24,150 bases of DNA from Microgenomates group bacterium (GCA_049678105.1 JBAUDN010000011.1:1-24150); one strand, 5' to 3'. Positions 7,957-16,950 are shown, counted from the first letter of the stretch. Notes: generated by a model not told the origin, from the sequence alone. Numbers and translations are program-made.

Positions 7957-8160
7957 TTAAGTTTTAGTAAGGGAATCTAAATGCTCTCTTAGGCCTCTCG
8001 CCTCTTCTGAAGAAATTAATCCATCTTCCTCACAAACATTTATTATTCTCTGAACCATATATGTATCAAGGTCTCTAAGGTTCTCTTCGCGAAGATTGCT
8101 AGCAGCATCTTTTAATTCTTCGCAAGATAAATCAAACCAGCCTTTTTCTCTGCGAGACAT
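7957..8160 (-). CDS. Small acidic helical hypothetical protein (67 aa)
   Basis: Fills the gap between groEL and Nudix on the same strand. ATG lies 6 nt after TAAAAT (8172-8167). Confidence 0.65.
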   Translation of the reverse strand: MSRREKGWFDLSCEELKDAASNLREENLRDLDTYMVQRIINVCEEDGLISSEEARGLREHLDSLTKT

Positions 8161-8179
8161 AGAAGTATTTTAACCTTTT

Positions 8180-9805
8180 TTAATACCCCATTCCCCCACC
8201 CATTCCACCCGGAGTTGGTGAAGTTTCTTTCTTTTCTTCCGGAAGATCAGTTATCAGGCCCTCTGTAGTCAGTACCATTGAAGCCACGCTAGCTGCATTC
8301 TGAAGGGCTGAACGAGTTACCTTAAGAGGATCCAAAATTCCAAACTTGGTCATTGAACCGAACTTGCCGGTCAGTGCGTTATAGCCAAAGTCGCTGTTCT
8401 TTGCTTCTTCAACTTTCTTTAAAACATACCCATCATCTTCTCCGGCATTTTTTGCAAGCCAGCGCGCAGGTTGCTCCAAAGCTTGGTAGACAATATCAAT
8501 ACCAATCTTCTCATCATCATTATCAGCTGTTAACTTCCCAAGAGCTTTTCTTGCCCGAAGGAAGGCTACTCCGCCTCCGGGAACAATACCCTCCTCAACT
8601 GCCGCTTTTGTTGCTCCAACCGCATCCTTCACTCTTTCTTTCTTCTCGTTCAATTCAAGTTCTGTTGCCGCCCCAACATTAATTTGGGCAACACCGCCGG
8701 CAAGTTTGGCCAGTCGCTCTTCCAATTTTTCTTTGTCAAAATCTGAATCTGTCTCCTCAATCTGATGCTTCAAAAGAGCAACCCTATCTTTAATTCCCTT
8801 TTTCTCTCCCTTTCCACCGATTATTCTTGTATTTTCCTTGTCTGCCCAAACTTTATCTGCTTGGCCCAAATCGGCAACTTCAATCGACTCAAATGTGCGT
8901 CCTGTGTCCTCGCTAATTACTATCCCCCCTGTCAAAATAGCTATATCCTCAAGCATCTCTTTTCTTTTGTCACCAAAACCTGGTGCTTTAACCGCCAAAA
9001 TGTTGAATGTTCCTTTTAATTTATTAACAACCAAAGTGGCCAGAGCTTCCCCTTCAATCTCATCGGCAATAATCACCAAATTTTTGGAAACTTTAACAAA
9101 TCTCTCCAAAAAAGGAAGAAGATCTTGGATTGAAGCAACCTTCTTATCGGTTAGAAGTAGATATGCATTCTCAATTTCTGCCTCCATGCGATCGGGATTG
9201 GTTACAAGATAAGGAGAGACATAACCTCGGTCAAATTCCATTCCCTCTTTATATTCAATTTCAATCTCTAAACCTCTTCCCTCCTCAACTGTTACCACCC
9301 TATCCTTTTCATCTAGGGCCTCGGCAATTTTTGCTCCAATTTCTTCATCGCCAGCTGAAATTGTGGCCACCTGAGCAATTTCTTCCTTATTTTTGATTGG
9401 CTTACTAATCTTTTTCAGCTCGTTAACTATTGCCGTAACCGCCTTCTCCATTCCTTTTTTAACAATCATGGGATTAGCACCTGCCGTTATATACTTCATT
9501 CCAGCGGCACTCATTTCCCTCGCAAGAAGAGTTGCTGTTGTAGTTCCATCTCCCGCAACATCATTTGTTTTATCCGCCGCTTCCTTAACAATCTGGGCAC
9601 CCATGTTTTCAAAAGGGTCTTCTAAATCAATCTCTTTGGCTACGGTAACGCCATCGTGGACAATATTTGGTGCACCCCACTTTTTATCCAAAGCAATATT
9701 TCTTCCTTTAGGCCCTAGTGTGGTAATAACTGCCTTTGCCACAACATCAATACCCTTCATAAGGGATTGCCTTGCATCGTCTGCGAATTTTAGTTGCTTT
9801 GCCAT
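8180..9805 (-). CDS. groEL: Chaperonin GroEL
   Basis: TLGPKGRN, DVAGDGTTT, VKAPGFGD, ERLAKLAGGVA, EEGIVPGGG and a GGMGGGM tail. Confidence 0.99.
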   Translation of the reverse strand: MAKQLKFADDARQSLMKGIDVVAKAVITTLGPKGRNIALDKKWGAPNIVHDGVTVAKEIDLEDPFENMGAQIVKEAADKTNDVAGDGTTTATLLAREMSAAGMKYITAGANPMIVKKGMEKAVTAIVNELKKISKPIKNKEEIAQVATISAGDEEIGAKIAEALDEKDRVVTVEEGRGLEIEIEYKEGMEFDRGYVSPYLVTNPDRMEAEIENAYLLLTDKKVASIQDLLPFLERFVKVSKNLVIIADEIEGEALATLVVNKLKGTFNILAVKAPGFGDKRKEMLEDIAILTGGIVISEDTGRTFESIEVADLGQADKVWADKENTRIIGGKGEKKGIKDRVALLKHQIEETDSDFDKEKLEERLAKLAGGVAQINVGAATELELNEKKERVKDAVGATKAAVEEGIVPGGGVAFLRARKALGKLTADNDDEKIGIDIVYQALEQPARWLAKNAGEDDGYVLKKVEEAKNSDFGYNALTGKFGSMTKFGILDPLKVTRSALQNAASVASMVLTTEGLITDLPEEKKETSPTPGGMGGGMGY

Positions 9806-9806
9806 A

Positions 9807-10118
9807 TTACTTTACAATCGCTAAAATGTCCTCAAATTTTGCAAAAAGATATTCTTTGCCTTCAATTTTAACCTCATTTCCTCCCCATTTTTTATAAATC
9901 ACCACGTCTCCTACTTTTACTGGGGAAGTTCTTTTAATACCTTTTTCCGTTATTTCATCCGGGCCAACAGCCAAGACTTTTCCCTTTAAAGGTTTTTCTT
10001 CAGAAGTTTCAGGAAGATAAATACCTGAAGCAGTTTTCTTTTCAGGCTCAGCCGGCTCAATAAGAAGATAACCGGCAGTCGGTTTCAAGTTTAATTTCGT
10101 TTTTTTCTTCGCCGCCAT
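9807..10118 (-). CDS. groES: Co-chaperonin GroES
   Basis: KTASGIYLP mobile loop, GKVLAVGP, VKVGD and EDILA; ends 1 nt before groEL. Confidence 0.98.
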   Translation of the reverse strand: MAAKKKTKLNLKPTAGYLLIEPAEPEKKTASGIYLPETSEEKPLKGKVLAVGPDEITEKGIKRTSPVKVGDVVIYKKWGGNEVKIEGKEYLFAKFEDILAIVK

Positions 10119-10139
10119 ATCTTAGTAATACAAAAGCTG

Positions 10140-10166
10140 TTAGCAATTCCTAACAGCGAGTGCTAT
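10140..10166. promoter_or_regulatory. Degenerate CIRCE element upstream of groES
   Basis: TTAGCAATT-CCTAACAGC-GAGTGCTAT, 15 of 18 matches, between the promoter and the groES start. Confidence 0.8.
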
Positions 10167-10194
10167 TGTACTGAATGGGTCAGACCCTTGTCAA
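10165..10194 (-). promoter_or_regulatory. groESL sigma70 promoter
   Basis: TTGACA (10194-10189)-18 nt-TACAAT (10170-10165), abutting the CIRCE. Confidence 0.75.
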
Positions 10195-11561
10195 GCCCCC
10201 AATGATACTAGGTCTTTGTCTGTAATTCCCAATTGTTCCAATACCCAAATGTGTCTCGGGTTTGCTGGATCATATTTTCCTACACTAAACCTCTGCATTT
10301 CTTCAGGCCGCTCTTTCACAACGTTCCATACGCCAATATTGCCTTTTCTATAAACTATGTCTTTTGTAAAACAAGTCCCTGCCGTGGAACAACCGGTACC
10401 CCTAAATGTCCTGATACATCTATTCCAGGCTTTTATCTGAGCTTGCTTTTCTGCTGTGACTGAATCTTTCCCTTTTATTATTTGCTTAAAAAGAAAATAC
10501 TTTTGCAGCACTTCGTATACACCCCTAAAATCCCTTGGTTTGCCGTCAAGCCCACAAGCAAGACTAATTGCTAAATGCCCCTCCAAGCCTGAAAAATCCT
10601 TAAGCTTCCCTCTAATCGCCTGTTCCCGCATAGTGGCAATTCCTTCTTCGCCCGACTCATATCTATCTAGGCCAAGACCGAGAAGCATTAGCTTGCTTCT
10701 TTCCCCCCTAATTCTTCGGGCAACATGGGTGCCTATCTCATGAGCTATCAGAGTACGCATACGGTTAAATAAGAGTTTCCTTGATTCTGGAATTTTTATT
10801 TCTTTTTTCGCTTGACTAACACGAATCTCTGTGGCACTACCTGTATCAATTACTATTTGCCAGCCTTCTGCTTTCAAAGTTTGCAAAGACTGCTCGAAAA
10901 CCTGCTTTATATCCTCTGCCTCAAGAACCCCCGAAATCTCAGATATATTGACTAAAGCACCAATTTCTTTTAGGGTACTTTCTTGCACCAATTGAACTGT
11001 CTCTTCACTTGGTAAAGCAAAAACCTTAACTCCTTCTAGGTCCTGAGGCAACAGTCTGATTAATTCTTCAGCAACTTTCTGAAGCTCTGGATTTTCAGAA
11101 TCTAAGCATTTTTCTAATTCTAAATGCAAGGACTGAACTGTATAGGCAAATATCTCAGGAGAGGGTTTGCCATATATAAATTCTGTATACCTTTTAAATC
11201 TTCTTGTATCTCCCTTGTCGACAGCTAGAAGCATCCTTAGTCCAGCTATCTTTTCATTAATTCGCCACCTGTAAACTTGCTTTACTATCTCATTCTCCTC
11301 ACCAGCCAAAATGTCTTTTTTTAAGGCTAGAAATTCTTGTTCCCTTCTCGTCAGATCTTCTTCATCAATGTTTGGATAGTCTAAGACGGGATTTTCAATT
11401 TCTCCAGATAGAAACCGCTCTCTCTGTTCGGCACGATAAGCTTTCTCACCAGCCAAAGCTGTAAGACTTTCAAATTCGCTGGCTTCCTTAAACCGAGGAA
11501 ACCATTGCACATCTACTTGAGGTACCGCCTGAAAAGATTCTGTCTCTCCCATAAGCCACAA
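10191..11561 (-). CDS. DUF1704 / MATCAP-like zinc (tyrosine) carboxypeptidase-domain protein
   Basis: Atypical HExxxH motif AHEIGTH, downstream EEGIA, R.FRG, FTKD.VY..G and ..GK. Start is TTG 11561 or ATG 11552. Confidence 0.8.
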   Translation of the reverse strand: MWLMGETESFQAVPQVDVQWFPRFKEASEFESLTALAGEKAYRAEQRERFLSGEIENPVLDYPNIDEEDLTRREQEFLALKKDILAGEENEIVKQVYRWRINEKIAGLRMLLAVDKGDTRRFKRYTEFIYGKPSPEIFAYTVQSLHLELEKCLDSENPELQKVAEELIRLLPQDLEGVKVFALPSEETVQLVQESTLKEIGALVNISEISGVLEAEDIKQVFEQSLQTLKAEGWQIVIDTGSATEIRVSQAKKEIKIPESRKLLFNRMRTLIAHEIGTHVARRIRGERSKLMLLGLGLDRYESGEEGIATMREQAIRGKLKDFSGLEGHLAISLACGLDGKPRDFRGVYEVLQKYFLFKQIIKGKDSVTAEKQAQIKAWNRCIRTFRGTGCSTAGTCFTKDIVYRKGNIGVWNVVKERPEEMQRFSVGKYDPANPRHIWVLEQLGITDKDLVSLGA

Positions 11562-11588
11562 ATAATTTCCCTCCTATTCTAACACAAC

Positions 11589-11638
11589 AAAAAAACCCAA
11601 TTTAGAGGGTTCTCTAAAACCTGGCCCTCCGATGGGTT
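11589..11638 (-). terminator. Terminator-like composite hairpin after the nucleotidyltransferase gene
   Basis: On the - strand: AACCCA...TTTAGAG-AACC-CTCTAAA-T-TGGGTT followed by a T run. Confidence 0.5.
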
Positions 11639-11665
11639 AATTTTCGAACTGCTGACAGCAAAGAG

Positions 11666-12541
11666 TCAGCCTCGATACAGCTCAAGCTTTGAGGCAATAA
11701 GACTCCCCCAATCAATCGGGTGGAAAAGTGCACGAGTGGAAGTAACTACTTCCCTGGTTATTTTCCCCCTCATATACCAATACTGGAATCTTCCTGCCAG
11801 CTGCTCTACAAATTTAGCTACAATTCCCTCTTCATGAAACTTCTTGTTTATTATCTTTTTAATAACTACTGCGTTTGGCCAATAATCCTTTACCCATTTA
11901 TTCTTGTAAATAAATCTCTCATAAGTTTCACTTTTATTTACCAAAGGTTCTATTTGGGCAATTTCGTGGGCTGTAAAGATATTTCTCTTTCTCCAAACTA
12001 GATTGCTCTCATCTAGCCAAATGTTAAGGCAAAGTCTGTCTTTTTGATTCCTGTCACCATACCTACGCCTGGGAATTCTTAAAATATCAAGCAAAACTAA
12101 ACTTAATAGCCTGGTTGTCCAAAGAGTGCCTTTTCTAGTTATTACCATAAAATCAATATCTGATTCATCGCCAGAATTCTGCATTGCCAAAGCACCGGTC
12201 ACGGCAATCATTTTTATGGTTGGCAACAAAGATAATATCTTGGCAGCTTTTTTTGCTTTAGCAAATTTTCTTGCAGAAGCCCTTTTTCGCATCAAACGCT
12301 TTAGGACAAGTCCACCTTTACCTTTAAGAAAAAGAAAACCTCCTTTGCCGGTAACTTTTATATTCTCAAAATTTGTAAGTTTAACTTTTTCCCCAGTAAC
12401 CCATTTTATAAGCTCAAAGGGTGTCAAGGGATAATCAAAAATATCATGATAGGCAAGTGTGGCCAGGTCGCTTTTTCCCAATAAAACTATGTTGGGGTAA
12501 ATTTTATCTTTAGATTTTTTAGTCTCAATAAACAAACTCAT
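11666..12541 (-). CDS. Pol-beta superfamily nucleotidyltransferase-domain protein
   Basis: IAVTGALAM.N...ESDIDFMVI (hG[S/A]x9-13DhD motif). ATGA overlap with the upstream gene. Confidence 0.75.
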   Translation of the reverse strand: MSLFIETKKSKDKIYPNIVLLGKSDLATLAYHDIFDYPLTPFELIKWVTGEKVKLTNFENIKVTGKGGFLFLKGKGGLVLKRLMRKRASARKFAKAKKAAKILSLLPTIKMIAVTGALAMQNSGDESDIDFMVITRKGTLWTTRLLSLVLLDILRIPRRRYGDRNQKDRLCLNIWLDESNLVWRKRNIFTAHEIAQIEPLVNKSETYERFIYKNKWVKDYWPNAVVIKKIINKKFHEEGIVAKFVEQLAGRFQYWYMRGKITREVVTSTRALFHPIDWGSLIASKLELYRG

Positions 12542-14034
12542 TGACCGATTAGTCCATATTGCGAAAGAACTTGAGCAACCCCTGAAACAACTGTTTCTAA
12601 GGCTTTATCTGCTCGTTCCCCGGCATTTATAGCATTAATAGCATCTTCATAATATTTGCCAATCAGTGAATTTATACCGGTTGGGCCATCAAAAGTCCGT
12701 GAAGCCAGATACCAGCTTTGAGCATCGGGGGCTTGATTAACAATAGAACCGACAACAGGGTGGTCGGCAAGAAGTTGTCCCATATCTACCCTGGGATAAG
12801 GTTCCCCAAAAGCTCGGGTTTGGCTTGCAGTCTGATACATTTTCTCTAAAGAAGACTCACTGGAAACAAACTTTAGAAAATTCCATGCTGCCTCTTTGTT
12901 TAGACTTCTTGTCCAAACACCTTCTGCCCAATAAGTGGCATAGGAAAAGTCGGATTGATTGGGACTATCTTTCGGCAGTTGAGGTAGAGGAACGGTTCTG
13001 AAACTAAGTTCAGGGTTTTGTTGTGTTATTTCAAAAGCGCGCCAACTAGTACCAAAATACATTGCAAGTTTTCCTCCTGCAAAAGCTATTGTCGAAGGCG
13101 GCAAAGTCTCATCCCAAACACCATCAACTGAAGAGAAAATCGTAAAGTAAGTTAAAGCATCTTCTGCACGTTTGTCTGTTGGCTTTGCCGGATTTGCTCC
13201 ATTTTGAAGCATCATCAGAGCTAATATCTCAGGCCAATGGTCAACATTCTCAGTTCTTCCTAAAGAAACGCCTGCTTGAGTTATAACACCTTTCTCATCT
13301 TTTATTGTTAACTCAATCGCAGTCTGTCTTAAATCATCCCATGTAACTGGCGCTACTTTACCCTCCCTAGCAAAAATATCCTCATTGATATAAAGAGTCA
13401 AAGCATCGTATCCAAGAGGAATTCCAACAAGTCCAGCTCCGCTTGTTAAGTCGGATGAAATTACTGGGTAGTAGCTCTCAACATATTCAGCCGCTGTCAT
13501 TACTGAAGCAGGCATATTATCAAGCTCGCCTTTAAACATAGGGACCCATGTGTTATGGAATCTAAAAATATCCGGTCCATTCCCTCTTGCCAAGGCATTT
13601 GTCAACCTCTCTCTGTAATCCTGAGGGGATTGCTGTACATAATTTATTTTTACTTTTGGATTCTCTTGCTGATATTCGGAAATAAGGGAAGCAACAACTG
13701 ATTCGTTCTCCCACAATCCCCACCAAGTGAGGGTTACTTCCTTGCTTTCTTCTATCCTTGGTAAAATCAACTTCCAAACAACAAAGCCTAAAACCAAAAC
13801 TAATAAAATTGCGCCCATTACAATAAAAATCTTGGGCAAACCTCTTTTTGGTGGTGGCGGAACCTGAGCCTTTTGCTCTTCAGGTTGAGGAACTACTCCC
13901 TCTCCCCCCGGGACCGGCGGTACGCTGGGCTGGACAGATGGCTGCGGTCCAGGCGGAGTGGCCGGCGCCGGATAAACCGCCTGAGGCTGTACTATTTTTG
14001 ACTGATTTGGTGAGGAATCGTCTTGAGCAGGCAT
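12538..14034 (-). CDS. Extracellular solute-binding protein family 1 (sugar-type ABC SBP), membrane anchored
   Basis: Pro-rich N-terminal tail, TM, LTWWG, GPDIF, GIPL..D.L.LYIN.DIF, P.TWDDL, AF..GKLAM and AWNFLKF. Confidence 0.9.
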   Translation of the reverse strand: MPAQDDSSPNQSKIVQPQAVYPAPATPPGPQPSVQPSVPPVPGGEGVVPQPEEQKAQVPPPPKRGLPKIFIVMGAILLVLVLGFVVWKLILPRIEESKEVTLTWWGLWENESVVASLISEYQQENPKVKINYVQQSPQDYRERLTNALARGNGPDIFRFHNTWVPMFKGELDNMPASVMTAAEYVESYYPVISSDLTSGAGLVGIPLGYDALTLYINEDIFAREGKVAPVTWDDLRQTAIELTIKDEKGVITQAGVSLGRTENVDHWPEILALMMLQNGANPAKPTDKRAEDALTYFTIFSSVDGVWDETLPPSTIAFAGGKLAMYFGTSWRAFEITQQNPELSFRTVPLPQLPKDSPNQSDFSYATYWAEGVWTRSLNKEAAWNFLKFVSSESSLEKMYQTASQTRAFGEPYPRVDMGQLLADHPVVGSIVNQAPDAQSWYLASRTFDGPTGINSLIGKYYEDAINAINAGERADKALETVVSGVAQVLSQYGLIGQ

Positions 14035-14061
14035 GTTTCAATAGCTCTTTTTACTACCTAG

Positions 14062-14071
14062 ATGTTATCAT
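14062..14071. promoter_or_regulatory. Putative bidirectional extended -10 core (TGaTAACAT on -, TGtTATCAT on +)
   Basis: ATGTTATCAT near-palindrome in the 50-bp gap between the divergent SBP and VanW genes. Confidence 0.55.
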
Positions 14072-14084
14072 ACTACTTATACAC

Positions 14085-15863
14085 ATGCCCAACAAGGAAT
14101 TTATAAAAAAACTTAGATCAAGCTTTAAAAACCTAAGAAAAAACAGACTTTTTAGTCCTGTTCTTAAGGTCTCTTGCCTGTTACTTTTTGTTATTATTTT
14201 CTACTTTCTTTTGTTTTTAGGCAGAATTTCTCCAAGAGCATATGTTGCAGGAGTTTATTTGGGAGGAAAAACTCCGGAGGAAGCAGGGATAATCCTTTCA
14301 GAAACAATTACCCAACCAAATCAAATCACGCTTGTCGGCGAAAATCAAACTTTTGATATTGATCTTAATACAATTGGTTTCTCATATGATTTTCAAAAGT
14401 CGGCACAGGCTGCTTATGAGTTGGACAAAACAGGCAATATAATTTACGACCTACTCCAAAGAATATCTCTACTCATAGAGGGAACAAATCTCGGCTTAAG
14501 ATTAAATCTTGATGAAGAAAAGCTTGCCGAAGTGCTATCTGTGGTTGCCGGACAAGCTTCGGTTGAACCAACCTATCCGTCAGTCAGTTTAATCAGAGGA
14601 GCGGCTGTGGTAGAAAAAGGCTCAAGTGGGCAAGAATTAGATATTGATGACCTCCGAATTAAAATCGGACAAAATTTAGCCTTTAGAGAAGATTCCCCTA
14701 TCTCTTTGCCTCTTGTTAGTGTTGATCCTTCCTTGACAGATGAGGAGGCAGAAAATCTAAGAAAACGAGCAGAAGGCCTCATTGGTAAAAGCCTTTTTAT
14801 AGAGTTTGAGTACCAAACATATACATATAAAGAAAATGATATATTTAAATTCCTAGAACCAAGAGGTGAGTATCAAGAACAAGAAATCTCTAATCTGGTT
14901 GAAAAACTAGCTGCCGATATTAATCGTGAGCCCCAAAACCCAACCTTTATTTTTAGCGGAGGGAGAGTTCAAGAATTCTCTCCAGCCAAAGAAGGAATTC
15001 ATTTAAATGAGGAGTTGCTAAAAAACATGATTATTGGCAATCTGAGAACGCTTGAATCCACTGACCAAAAAAATCTGGCCTTTGATATTCCTTTTGAAAC
15101 AACCCCTCCGGAAATAAAAACTGAAGAGATCAATAACTTGGGTATCAAAGAACTAATCGGTAGAGGCTCTTCTCGTTTTAGAGGCTCAATTTCCTCAAGA
15201 ATCCACAACATCGCCCTTTCTGCATCTAAATTTAATGGCGTGCTTGTTGCTCCTGGAGAAACTTTCTCCTTTAACAATACTTTGGGAGATGTATCTCTTT
15301 ATACCGGTTACAAACAAGCGTACATAATAAAAGATGGAAAGACGGTATTAGGAGACGGCGGTGGAGTTTGCCAGGTTTCAACCACTCTTTTCAGAGCAAT
15401 ACTTGATACCGGGCTTCCTATCGTAGAAAGAAGGGCACATTCATACCGGGTCGGGTATTATGAACAAGACTCCTCTGTCGGGTTTGATGCAACGGTTTAT
15501 GATCCAACCACTGACTTAAAGTTCAAAAATGACACACCGGGTCATATTCTCATCCAAACCCAAACCAATACGAAAATTGCCAGCCTGGTCTTTGAAATAT
15601 ATGGAACCTCTGATGGAAGGACTACAACAACCTCAAAACCTGTTGTAACTAACGTCACTCCTCCACCAGAGGACCTTTATGTAGACGACCCAACTCTTCC
15701 CGAAGGAACAATAAAACAAATAGATTGGAAGGCTTGGGGTGCACAGTCTTGGTTTAATTATCAAGTTACAAGGGGCGGGGAAACAATTTATAAAAAAACC
15801 TTTTATTCTAATTACCGACCTTGGCAAGCAATATATCTAAGAGGAACGGCACCCATACAGTAG
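14085..15863 (+). CDS. VanW family protein with putative peptidoglycan-binding (YoaR-like) repeats and G5-like C-terminus
   Basis: R.HNI, PGETFSFN..LG, GGGVCQVSTTLFRA, ERRAHS and DLKFKND; N-terminal TM. ATG 14085 avoids overlap with the divergent gene. Confidence 0.9.
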   Translation: MPNKEFIKKLRSSFKNLRKNRLFSPVLKVSCLLLFVIIFYFLLFLGRISPRAYVAGVYLGGKTPEEAGIILSETITQPNQITLVGENQTFDIDLNTIGFSYDFQKSAQAAYELDKTGNIIYDLLQRISLLIEGTNLGLRLNLDEEKLAEVLSVVAGQASVEPTYPSVSLIRGAAVVEKGSSGQELDIDDLRIKIGQNLAFREDSPISLPLVSVDPSLTDEEAENLRKRAEGLIGKSLFIEFEYQTYTYKENDIFKFLEPRGEYQEQEISNLVEKLAADINREPQNPTFIFSGGRVQEFSPAKEGIHLNEELLKNMIIGNLRTLESTDQKNLAFDIPFETTPPEIKTEEINNLGIKELIGRGSSRFRGSISSRIHNIALSASKFNGVLVAPGETFSFNNTLGDVSLYTGYKQAYIIKDGKTVLGDGGGVCQVSTTLFRAILDTGLPIVERRAHSYRVGYYEQDSSVGFDATVYDPTTDLKFKNDTPGHILIQTQTNTKIASLVFEIYGTSDGRTTTTSKPVVTNVTPPPEDLYVDDPTLPEGTIKQIDWKAWGAQSWFNYQVTRGGETIYKKTFYSNYRPWQAIYLRGTAPIQ

Positions 15864-15865
15864 AG

Positions 15866-16891
15866 ATGAAAATATTGGGAATTGAAACTTCATGCGATGA
15901 GACTGCAGCTGCAGTGATTGAGAATGGAACGAAAATTCTTTCAAATGTGGTGGCCAGCTCCGCCGAAATGCATGCCGAAACCGGAGGAATTATTCCGGAG
16001 CGTGCAGCTAGACAACAAATTAAAAGTATTACTCCCGTAATAGAATCTGCTCTGAAAAAGGCAAAAATTAAGAATGATGAAATAGATGCTATTGCTGTAA
16101 CTACTGGTCCAGGCTTGATTGGTTCACTTTTGGTAGGCATAGAAACAGCAAAAACATTTTCATTCCTTTGGCAAAAACCAATTGTTCCAGTTAATCATTT
16201 AGCTGCACATATTTATGCTAATTGGCTATTTAATGAAAACTCTCCCAAATTTCCGACTTTAGCACTAGTAGTTTCCGGTGGTCACACGGACATTGTTTTA
16301 ATGAAAAATCATGGAAAATTGACATGGATTGGTGGAACAAGAGATGATGCCGCAGGAGAAGCTTTTGACAAAACCGCAAGACTTTTGGGGCTCCCCTATC
16401 CTGGTGGGCCAGCAATTTCTGTAGAAGCGGAAAAGTATATTAGAAAAAACCCAAAAACAAAACTTATATTTTTTCCCAGACCAATAATTAATGAAGAAAA
16501 CTATGATTGGAGTTTTTCTGGTTTAAAAACCGCTGTTCTAAGGGAAGTTAAAGATAAAAAGTTAAATAAGGAAGAAAAACAGAAGATTGCTGCTGAAGTT
16601 CAAGAAGCCATTGTTGATGTGCTGGTAAGAAAAACACTTCGTGCAGTCCAAGAATACAAGCCTAAATCCCTGCTCCTTGCAGGCGGCGTTGCAGCAAATA
16701 TACGCTTAAAAGAGAAGTTTAAATCCGCTATTAATCTTCAGTCTTTAAATATTAATTTTTTTGTTCCTCCTCCCAAGCTTTGTATAGATAATGCTGCCTA
16801 CATAGCCTCATTTGCTCACTTTAATTACTCCCCTATCCCTTGGCAAGAAATTAATGCTAATTCGCAATTAACAATTACTGGTCAGATTTAG
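15866..16891 (+). CDS. tsaD: tRNA N6-adenosine threonylcarbamoyltransferase
   Basis: ILGIETSCDET, GPGL.GSL.VG, NHLAAH, VSGGHT, DDAAGEAFDK, YPGGP, SFSGLKT, GGVAAN and DNAA. Start is ATG 15866. Confidence 0.97.
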   Translation: MKILGIETSCDETAAAVIENGTKILSNVVASSAEMHAETGGIIPERAARQQIKSITPVIESALKKAKIKNDEIDAIAVTTGPGLIGSLLVGIETAKTFSFLWQKPIVPVNHLAAHIYANWLFNENSPKFPTLALVVSGGHTDIVLMKNHGKLTWIGGTRDDAAGEAFDKTARLLGLPYPGGPAISVEAEKYIRKNPKTKLIFFPRPIINEENYDWSFSGLKTAVLREVKDKKLNKEEKQKIAAEVQEAIVDVLVRKTLRAVQEYKPKSLLLAGGVAANIRLKEKFKSAINLQSLNINFFVPPPKLCIDNAAYIASFAHFNYSPIPWQEINANSQLTITGQI

Positions 16892-16950
16892 ACCTCTTCC
16901 TATAATTGGCTTTATTGTATAATTCAAAACAGTCTGATCTAAATATATAA

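Noticed and set aside
8353..9824. Several + strand ORFs of 84-143 aa over groEL
   Set aside because: Antisense shadows of a highly conserved gene, with no independent motifs.
11570..11575. AGGAGG as proof of the TTG start of the DUF1704 gene
   Set aside because: It directly follows a TGtTAGAAT -10 box and may lie upstream of the TSS, so the start is left unresolved.
11601..11630. Resemblance to a preQ1-I riboswitch (GAGGG...CCCTC stem)
   Set aside because: The loop and 3' A-rich tail do not match, and no queuosine genes are adjacent.
11640..11670. Hairpin at a TGA stop as a possible SECIS or recoding signal
   Set aside because: The TGA is inside the stem, read-through adds only a short featureless peptide, and no catalytic Cys/Sec context is apparent.
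13861..13886. AACCT-GAGC...GCTC-AGGTT hairpin in the SBP Pro-rich tail as a second REP-like copy
   Set aside because: It shares only GCTCAGG with the valS unit and is plausible by chance in low-complexity coding sequence.
13848..14084. N-terminal extension of the VanW ORF in the track
   Set aside because: It overlaps the divergent SBP gene; ATG 14085 with an upstream extended -10 fits better.
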